Shown here in pieces: positions 26,272-33,112 of a stretch of DNA of 64,000 bases. This DNA comes from Thermoanaerobaculia bacterium (lineage in GTDB: Bacteria > Acidobacteriota > Thermoanaerobaculia > UBA5066 > Gp7-AA6). The notes beneath the pieces were generated by a model. The model was not told the origin of the DNA and did no database searches. It saw only the letters and a program-made list of their open reading frames with translations. Every line of letters begins with the position of its first letter. Position 1 is the first letter of the stretch. The stretch spans positions 8,625-72,624 of the forward strand of contig DATJZU010000035.1 of the NCBI GenBank assembly GCA_035498835.1, in the 5' to 3' direction. The translations under genes and the position numbers were made by a program.

Positions 26272-28710
26272 ATGACGGCGGGATCACGAACCCGCGTCGT
26301 CGGCCGCCCCTACGCCAAGGTGGACGCGGCCGCGAAGGTCACCGGACAGACACGCTTCGCCGACGACGTCGTCCTGCCGCGGATGCTTCACTGCAAGCTC
26401 CTGCGTTCGCGCCTGGCGCACGCGCGCATCCTGAGGATCGACGCATCCAGGGCGCGTGCCCTGCCCGGAGTCGTCGCGGTCGCGACCGGCGCGGAGCTCC
26501 CGATTCCGTTCGGCATCCTCCCGGTCTCGCAGGACGAGCACGCGCTCGCGATCGACCGCGTGCGGTTCGTGGGCGATCCCGTGGCGGCCGTCGCGGCGAC
26601 GGACGAGGACACCGCGGCCGAAGCGCTCGCGGCGATCGCGGTCGAGTACGAGCCGCTGCGGCCCATTGGCACGATGGAAGAGGGGCTCGCGCCGGCGGCG
26701 CCGCCGATTCACGACTACGGAGATTCCGGCAACATCCACAAGCTCGTCGCGATGGAGTTCGGCGACACGGCCGAGGGCTTCGCGCGCGCCGACCGCGTCT
26801 ACGAGGACCTCTACTTCTACGAGGGCTCGACGCACCTGCCGCTCGAGCAGCACGCCGCGGTCGCGGACTTCGGGCCCGACGGCAAGCTCACGGTCTGGTC
26901 TTCCACCCAGACGCCGCACTACGTCCATCGCGCGCTCTCGAAGGTGCTCGAGATGCCGCCCGCGAAGATCCGCGTCATCGCGACGCCCAACGGCGGGGGA
27001 TTCGGCGGCAAGTCGGACCCGTTCGCCCACGAGATCGTCGTCGCGCATCTCTCCCGCGCCACCGGCCGCCCCGTGAAGATCTGCCTGACCCGCGAGGAGG
27101 TCTTCTACTGCCATCGCGGGCGCCATCCGACGCTCATGAAGGTCCGGACCGGAGTGAAGCGCGACGGCGCCGTCACGGCGATGCACTTTCAGACGCTCCT
27201 CGACGGGGGCGGCTACGGTTCCTACGGCGTCGCCTCGACGTACTACACGGGCGCGCTGCAGACGGTGACCTACAAGATTCCCACCTACCGCTTCGAAGGC
27301 GCGCGCGTGTTCACGAACAAGCCGCCCTGCGGGCCCAAGCGTGGGCACGGCACACCCCAGCCGCGCTTTGCGCTCGAGGCGCAGCTCGACAAGATCGCCT
27401 GCGACCTCGGGCTCGATCCCGCGGAGCTGCGCAAGTCCCAGCTCCAACCGCCCGACTCGCTGACCGCGAACTTCCTGCGCGTCGGCTCGATGGGCCTCGG
27501 CGCGTGCATCGACAAAGTCGTCGCGGCGTCCGGCTGGAAGAAGCGCCGCGGCCGGCTTCCCGAGGGCCGGGGCCTCGGCCTCGCGTGTTCCTCGTACCTG
27601 TGCGGCGCGGGCCTGCCGATCTACTGGAACTCGATGCCGCAGTCGGGCGTGCAGCTGAAGCTCGACCGCGGCGGCGGCGTGACGGTCTTCTGCGGCTCGA
27701 CCGACATCGGACAGGGATCCGACACGATCCTCGCGGCCATCGTCGCGGAGGTGCTCGGGATCGACCCCTTCGACATCCGCGTCGTGACGGGCGACACCGA
27801 TCTGACACCGGTGGATCTCGGCTCCTACTCCTCGCGCGTGACGCTCATGACGGGCAACGCGGCGATCCAGGCTGCGGAGCGCGCGCGGGAGATGCTCGTG
27901 ACGGCCGCCGCCGCGAAGCTCGGAATTCCCGAGGAGCGCGTCGGGCTCGCCGCCGGCCGCGTCTTCGACGTCGCGGAGCCGGAAAAGGGCATGCCGTTTC
28001 CCGAGGCCGTCGTGCTCGCCGAGTCGCGCTTCGGGACCCTCGGAACGGTCGGCTCCTACTCGCCCCCGCCCTCGGCAGGCCGGTACCGCGGCGCGGGCGT
28101 CGGGCCGTCGCCCGCCTACTCCTACTCCGCCGCGGTCGTCGAGGTGGAAGTGGATCCCGAGACCGGCATTTACACCGTGCCGAAGGTCTGGATCGCGCAC
28201 GACGTCGGCAAGTGCATCAACCCCGTTCTCGTCATGGGCCAGGTCGAAGGCTCCGTGTACATGGGCCTCGGCGAAGCCATGATGGAGGAGATGGCCTACC
28301 GCACGGACGCGAATCGAAACGTCGTCCACAAGTTCCCGTCGCTCCTCGAGTACAAGAGCCCGACGACCAAGGAGATGCCCGAGGTCGAGACGTACCTCGT
28401 CGAGGATCCGGACCGCAACGGGCCGTTCGGAGCCAAAGAAGTCGGGCAAGGCCCGCTCCTCCCGATCCCGCCCGCGGTCGCCAACGCCGTCTACGACGCG
28501 GTCGGCGTGCGGATCGACGAGATTCCCGTCACGCCCGAGAAGATCCACCGGGCGTTGAAGGCCAAGGCTCAGGGCAAGGAGGCGCGGTACGGGCCGGCGA
28601 AGTTTCCCGCGGTCCCGTACCCCGATCCGATCCACGTGCCGACGCCCGCGGAGGGCGGCGACGGGCGCGCGGCGGACGCGGCCGTGACGGGCGCGGGCGG
28701 CGTGCGGTGA
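26272..28710 (+). CDS. molybdenum hydroxylase family molybdopterin-binding large subunit (CoxL/HcrA-like, aldehyde oxidase/xanthine dehydrogenase a/b hammerhead + MoCo domains)
   Basis: 812 aa. N-terminus VVGRPYAKVDAAAKVTGQTRFADDV. Typical large-subunit features throughout. Confidence 0.9.
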   Translation: MTAGSRTRVVGRPYAKVDAAAKVTGQTRFADDVVLPRMLHCKLLRSRLAHARILRIDASRARALPGVVAVATGAELPIPFGILPVSQDEHALAIDRVRFVGDPVAAVAATDEDTAAEALAAIAVEYEPLRPIGTMEEGLAPAAPPIHDYGDSGNIHKLVAMEFGDTAEGFARADRVYEDLYFYEGSTHLPLEQHAAVADFGPDGKLTVWSSTQTPHYVHRALSKVLEMPPAKIRVIATPNGGGFGGKSDPFAHEIVVAHLSRATGRPVKICLTREEVFYCHRGRHPTLMKVRTGVKRDGAVTAMHFQTLLDGGGYGSYGVASTYYTGALQTVTYKIPTYRFEGARVFTNKPPCGPKRGHGTPQPRFALEAQLDKIACDLGLDPAELRKSQLQPPDSLTANFLRVGSMGLGACIDKVVAASGWKKRRGRLPEGRGLGLACSSYLCGAGLPIYWNSMPQSGVQLKLDRGGGVTVFCGSTDIGQGSDTILAAIVAEVLGIDPFDIRVVTGDTDLTPVDLGSYSSRVTLMTGNAAIQAAERAREMLVTAAAAKLGIPEERVGLAAGRVFDVAEPEKGMPFPEAVVLAESRFGTLGTVGSYSPPPSAGRYRGAGVGPSPAYSYSAAVVEVEVDPETGIYTVPKVWIAHDVGKCINPVLVMGQVEGSVYMGLGEAMMEEMAYRTDANRNVVHKFPSLLEYKSPTTKEMPEVETYLVEDPDRNGPFGAKEVGQGPLLPIPPAVANAVYDAVGVRIDEIPVTPEKIHRALKAKAQGKEARYGPAKFPAVPYPDPIHVPTPAEGGDGRAADAAVTGAGGVR

Positions 28711-28728
28711 GGCGGTGAGGTTTCAGCC

Positions 28729-29703
28729 ATGATGCGCCTGCCGAAGTTCCGCTACTTCGCGCCCACGACGGTGCGCGAGGCCCTGCGTCTCCGCGCGGAA
28801 GCGGGCCCGGACACCGCCTTCGTCGCGGGAGGAACCGATCTCTATCCGAACATGAAGCGGCGCCAGCAGACGCCCGCGACGGTCATCGGCCTCGCGCGCA
28901 TCCCGCCGCTCGCGCGGCTGCGGTTCGGCCGCGACGCCGTCTCGATCGGCGCGGCGGTCCCGCTGTCGGCGATCGAGCGGCACCGCCGGATGCGCCGCGC
29001 CTTCCCCGGCCTCGTTGCGGCGATCCAGGAGATCTCGACGCCGCCGCTCCGCAACATGGGGACGCTCGGAGGCAACGTCCTCCTCGACACGCGCTGCAAC
29101 TATTACGACCAGAACGCCGAGTGGCGTCAGGCGATCGACTACTGCATGAAGAAGGACGGCGCGATCTGCTGGGTCGCGCCGGGCTCTCCGAAGTGCCTGG
29201 CCGTGCAGTCGGCCGACTCGGTGCCGGTGTTGATCGCGCTCGGCGCGCGGGCGCGGCTCGCGTCGCCGGAGGGGGAGCGGGACATCGCGCTCGAGGATCT
29301 GTACCGCAACGACGGAATCCACTACCTCACGAAGCGCCCGGAAGAGCTCCTGACCGAGATCCGCCTGCCGCCGCCCGACGGCTGGCGCGCGAGCTACAGG
29401 AAGCTGCGCCGCCGCGGCGCCTTCGACTTCCCGGTGCTCTCCGTCGGGGCGGCGGTCCGCCGCGAGGGGGGTGTCGTGGCCGAGGCGCGCCTCGTCCTCG
29501 GAGGCGTGGCGTCCGCGCCCCTGCGCCTGACGCGCGCGGAGGAGATCCTCCGGGGCCGCCGGCTGGATGCCGAATCGATTGCCGACGCGGCGGAGGCCTC
29601 TTCCGGCCCTGCCCGGCCGATGGACAACACGGATTTCTCGTTCCTGTGGCGAAAGGAAATGACCCGTCGGTTCGTCGCTTCCGCCCTGAAGGGCCTCGCT
29701 TAA
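28729..29703 (+). CDS. molybdenum hydroxylase family FAD-binding medium subunit with 4-Cys insertion (HcrB-like, putative extra [4Fe-4S])
   Basis: FAD_binding_5-like AFVAGGTDLY. Insertion TRCNYYDQNAEWRQAIDYCMKKDGAICWVAPGSPKCLAV gives Cx15Cx7Cx8C. Confidence 0.85.
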   Translation: MMRLPKFRYFAPTTVREALRLRAEAGPDTAFVAGGTDLYPNMKRRQQTPATVIGLARIPPLARLRFGRDAVSIGAAVPLSAIERHRRMRRAFPGLVAAIQEISTPPLRNMGTLGGNVLLDTRCNYYDQNAEWRQAIDYCMKKDGAICWVAPGSPKCLAVQSADSVPVLIALGARARLASPEGERDIALEDLYRNDGIHYLTKRPEELLTEIRLPPPDGWRASYRKLRRRGAFDFPVLSVGAAVRREGGVVAEARLVLGGVASAPLRLTRAEEILRGRRLDAESIADAAEASSGPARPMDNTDFSFLWRKEMTRRFVASALKGLA

Positions 29704-29884
29704 GAGCGGCTTAGGCCGGCTTGCGTTTCGGCACGTCCTCGCCTAGACTGCAGGCCTTCTCGTATCGCCTGCCTTCCGCACGCTTCCGCGCTGTCCGAAG
29801 TCCGACGAGGTTCACGGGAAGCCGGCAAGGCCGATCGGCGCGGCGGGGCCGGAACGGACACGCCGGATTAGGACTCAAGGTTCG

Positions 29885-30184
29885 ATGAAGCTGTACGTTG
29901 GAAATCTCCCCTACAACACCACCGAGGAAGATCTGCGCAATTTGTTCTCGCAGTACGGGACCGTCGAGAACGTCGCCGTCGTGACGGACCGGGACACCGG
30001 CCGCTCCCGCGGCTTCGGGTTCGTCGAGTTCCCGGACGACAACGAGGCGCGCAACGCCATCTCCGGCCTTTCGGGCCAGGAGTACGGCGGCCGGGCGCTG
30101 ACCGTCAACGAGGCCCGTCCGAAGACGGGCGGAGGAGGCGGCGGCGGCGGGCGGGGCGGTTACGGCGGGCGTCCGCAGTACTGA
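29885..30184 (+). CDS. RRM-type RNA-binding protein with Gly-rich tail
   Basis: RNP-2 KLYVGNL and RNP-1 RGFGFVEF, C-terminal GGGGGGGGRGGYGG. Confidence 0.9.
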   Translation: MKLYVGNLPYNTTEEDLRNLFSQYGTVENVAVVTDRDTGRSRGFGFVEFPDDNEARNAISGLSGQEYGGRALTVNEARPKTGGGGGGGGRGGYGGRPQY

Positions 30185-30206
30185 CCGCAATCGGTTTCGC
30201 CAAGAC

Positions 30207-30234
30207 GGGGGCCTTCGGGCCCCCTTTTCTTTTT
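30207..30234 (+). terminator. rho-independent terminator
   Basis: GGGGGCC-ttcg-GGCCCCC followed by TTTTCTTTTT, immediately after the RRM gene stop. Confidence 0.8.
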
Positions 30235-30280
30235 GCGCGGGGCCCGCGCCTTCTGATTTGATGGCGGCAGGGGGACTCGA

Positions 30281-30889
30281 ATGGCCAAGAACAAGAAACC
30301 GAAGAAGGAAGAGAAGCCGGCGATGGAAGCAGCGCCCGCCGAGGGCGATTTCCTGAGCGACGTCCAGGAGCTGCGCCGCCGCGCGCGGAAACACATCGCC
30401 GACGGCGCCGTGACGCAGGGCTACCTCGCGGACCGCAAGAAGGTGATCGACGTGCTCAACCAGGCGCTCGCCACCGAGATCGTCTGCGTGCTCCGCTACA
30501 AGCGGCACTACTTCATGGCCAACGGAATCCACGCGAAGGCCGTTGCCCAGGAGTTTCTCCAGCACGCCAACGAGGAGCAGGGCCACGCCGATTCGATCGC
30601 CGAGCGGATCACGCAGCTCGACGGCGAGCCCGACTTCTCGCCGGAAGGCCTCGCCGCGCGCAGCCATTCCGAGTACAAGGAGGGCAAGACGCTCGTCGAC
30701 ATGATCCAGGAAGATCTCGTCGCCGAGCGCATCGCGATCGAATCGTACGGCGAGATCGTGCGCTTCCTGGGCGACCGCGACATCACCTCGCGGCGTCTCA
30801 TGGAGGAGATCCTCGCGGTCGAGGAGGAGCACGCCGACGACATGAAGAACCTCCTCGCCACCTTCGATCCGAGGAAGCCAGGCGTCTGA
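30281..30889 (+). CDS. ferritin-like diiron protein (bacterioferritin-like) with Lys-rich N-terminal extension
   Basis: AGGGGGA Shine-Dalgarno. Ferritin-like E...H / EE..H pairs: LATEIVCVLRYKRHYF...QHANEEQGHADSIAERI...EEEHADDMKNL. Confidence 0.7.
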   Translation: MAKNKKPKKEEKPAMEAAPAEGDFLSDVQELRRRARKHIADGAVTQGYLADRKKVIDVLNQALATEIVCVLRYKRHYFMANGIHAKAVAQEFLQHANEEQGHADSIAERITQLDGEPDFSPEGLAARSHSEYKEGKTLVDMIQEDLVAERIAIESYGEIVRFLGDRDITSRRLMEEILAVEEEHADDMKNLLATFDPRKPGV

Positions 30890-30902
30890 CCGGGCCTCGC
30901 GC

Positions 30903-31217
30903 ATGAGCGGGATCCGCCTCGAACGCTGGACGGCGGAGGACGGACCCCTGAACGAGCGGCGTCTGATGGCGCGCATGGAGCGCGAGGGCTACGAGGTGGC
31001 GGTCTACACCTACCGCGAGGGCACCGTGTTTCCCGAGCACGCGCACGCGCAGGACAAGTGCGACGCGGTTCTCGAAGGAGTGCTGCGGATCACCGTGGAC
31101 GGCGTCGCTTACGACCTCGAGGCCGGAGACCGGCTCTTCCTCCCGAAGGGCGCGCGGCACGCCGCGGAAGTCGTCGGCCGGCGGACGGTCGTCTCGCTCG
31201 ACGGGACGATCTGGTGA
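30903..31217 (+). CDS. cupin domain protein
   Basis: VFPEHAHAQDKCDAVLEGVL...GDRLFLPKGARHAAE is a two-motif cupin pattern. Confidence 0.75.
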   Translation: MSGIRLERWTAEDGPLNERRLMARMEREGYEVAVYTYREGTVFPEHAHAQDKCDAVLEGVLRITVDGVAYDLEAGDRLFLPKGARHAAEVVGRRTVVSLDGTIW

Positions 31218-31230
31218 GCGCCGGACGGCC

Positions 31231-32007
31231 GTGAGAGTCGCTCTCCTGCAGCTCGACACCGCCTGGGAGGACGCCGCCCGGAGCCACGCGCGCGCGGGAC
31301 CGCTCCTCGAGCGTGCCGCGCGGGAGGGCGCGCGGCTGGCCGTGCTGCCCGAGATGTTCTCGACCGGATTCTCGATGCATCCCGAGCGCGTGGCGCAGTC
31401 TCCCGGCGGCCCGTCCGAGTCCTTCCTCCGCGAGCGGTCGCGCGCCCTGGGTCTCTGGATCCTCGCGTCGATTCCGGAGAAGGAGGACGGCCGGTCGCGG
31501 AACGTCGCGCTCCTCGTCGCGCCGGCAGGCGAGGTGACGCGCTACGCGAAGATCCATCCCTTCTCGTTCGCGGGGGAGGACCGCGTCTATGCCGGCGGCG
31601 ACGGCGTCGTGACGGCAGCCGTCGAGGGCGTGCGCGTCACGCCCTTCGTCTGCTACGACCTTCGGTTTCCCGAGCCGTTCCGACTGGCAGCGGATGGCAC
31701 CGACCTCTACGCCGTCGTCGCGAACTGGCCCGAACGGCGGCAGGCGCATTGGAGGGCGCTCCTCCAGGCGCGCGCGATCGAGAACCTGGCCTTCGTCGTC
31801 GGGGTCAACCGGGCGGGCGAAGGCGACGGCGTGCGGTACGCCGGGGGATCGGCGGCCTTCTCGCCGTGGGGAGAGCTCCTCGCGGAGGCCGGAGCGGCGG
31901 AGGAGGTCCTCTTCTGCGACGTCGACCCGGCGGCGGTCGCGAAGGCGCGGGAGACTTTCCCGGCGCTGCGCGACCGGCGCCCCGACGCGTACCGCCGGCG
32001 GGGTTGA
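31231..32007 (+). CDS. carbon-nitrogen hydrolase (nitrilase superfamily)
   Basis: Catalytic triad contexts LAVLPEMF (E), RYAKIHPF (K), PFVCYDLRFPE (C). GTG start. Confidence 0.85.
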   Translation: MRVALLQLDTAWEDAARSHARAGPLLERAAREGARLAVLPEMFSTGFSMHPERVAQSPGGPSESFLRERSRALGLWILASIPEKEDGRSRNVALLVAPAGEVTRYAKIHPFSFAGEDRVYAGGDGVVTAAVEGVRVTPFVCYDLRFPEPFRLAADGTDLYAVVANWPERRQAHWRALLQARAIENLAFVVGVNRAGEGDGVRYAGGSAAFSPWGELLAEAGAAEEVLFCDVDPAAVAKARETFPALRDRRPDAYRRRG

Positions 32008-32035
32008 TAGGATCGGAAGGCAAGGAGGAGCCCCC

Positions 32036-32242
32036 ATGCCCGACGACAAACCCAAAGCTCCGGGCGCCGACGCCTGGGACGCCACGCAGTGGCACGAGGT
32101 GCAGAAGGGGGAGACCCTCTCGAAGATCGCGCAGAAGTATTACGGCGACCCGAGCCTGTATACGAAGATTTTCGAGGCGAACAAGGACACGATCAAGGAC
32201 CCCAATCTGATCCGCATCGGACAGAAGCTCCGGATTCCGTAG
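32036..32242 (+). CDS. small LysM-domain protein (68 aa)
   Basis: AAGGAGGAG Shine-Dalgarno 5 nt upstream of the ATG. GETLSKIAQKYYGDPSLYTKIFEANKDTIKDPNLIRIGQKLRIP is a LysM domain. Confidence 0.85.
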   Translation: MPDDKPKAPGADAWDATQWHEVQKGETLSKIAQKYYGDPSLYTKIFEANKDTIKDPNLIRIGQKLRIP

Positions 32243-32301
32243 AAGGCGCCGGCCCCGGGCCCACGCCGGGGCGGTCGAAGAGGAGAGAGGAAGGAGGGCC
32301 C

Positions 32302-32904
32302 ATGCTCCGGAAGTCGTCTCGGTTTGCTCTGGTGATCCTCGCCTGCGGCCTGGCCGTCGGCTGCGGGAAGTACAAGCGTCTCGCCGACACCGCCATCAAG
32401 ACGGCGGACACGGCGGTGGCTTCCGCGGGCGACGACGTCGTCAAGTACGCCACGGACCAGTGGCAGCCGATCGTGGACGCGGTCTCCTCGGCCAAGGCGT
32501 CCTACGCCAAGGGAGACTACAAGGCCGCGATCGCGAGCCTTCAGGACATCGGGCCGAAGATTCAGGCAGCCCAGGCCGCGGCGAGCGCGAAGAAGACCGA
32601 GCTCGAGAACGCGTGGACCAACCTGTCGGGCGGATTGCCTCAGATGATGGATGCGATCAAGAGCCGCGTGGACATTCTGTCGGCGTCGAAGAAGCTGCCC
32701 GCGGGAATGGACAAGGCGAAGCTCGAGTCCGCCAAGTCGGGACTTGCCGCCGCGACCTCGGACTGGTCGGCTGCGCAGGATGCCTTCAAGGCCGGCAAGC
32801 TGACCGATGCGATCGCGAAAGCGAACAGCGTCAAGGATCAGGCCACGCAGATCATGCAGAGCCTCGGAATGACACCGCCGCCCGCGGCGGCGGCAGCGAA
32901 GTAG
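32302..32904 (+). CDS. lipoprotein, alanine/lysine-rich, unknown function
   Basis: AAGGAGGG Shine-Dalgarno. Signal and lipobox MLRKSSRFALVILACGLAVGC. Confidence 0.75.
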   Translation: MLRKSSRFALVILACGLAVGCGKYKRLADTAIKTADTAVASAGDDVVKYATDQWQPIVDAVSSAKASYAKGDYKAAIASLQDIGPKIQAAQAAASAKKTELENAWTNLSGGLPQMMDAIKSRVDILSASKKLPAGMDKAKLESAKSGLAAATSDWSAAQDAFKAGKLTDAIAKANSVKDQATQIMQSLGMTPPPAAAAAK

Positions 32905-32928
32905 CCCGGCCGAGCGATCAACGAGTTT

Positions 32929-32964
32929 CCGGGGCCGCGCGTGAGCGCGGCCCTCGTTTTCTTG
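32929..32964 (+). terminator. rho-independent terminator
   Basis: CCGGGGCCGCGC-gtga-GCGCGGCCC followed by tcgTTTTCTTG, 25 nt after the lipoprotein stop. Confidence 0.75.
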
Positions 32965-33112
32965 CTGTGTCCTTGTTCGCAACGCGACCAGGGTTTGCGA
33001 GCCGTCGAGCAAACCGACTCGCGTTGCGGGAGCCGGAGCGCAGCGAGAGGATCAGGCGAGCGGTCGAGGCCCTTTGGCTGAGCCGCGAGCCCCGAGCAAG
33101 CGAAGGCGACGG

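Noticed and set aside
32243-32301. Terminator after the LysM gene (GCCCCGG-gcccacg-CCGGGGC)
   Set aside because: Hairpin present but no U-tract, and it is immediately followed by the RBS of the next co-directional gene. More likely an intra-operon stabilising structure than a terminator.
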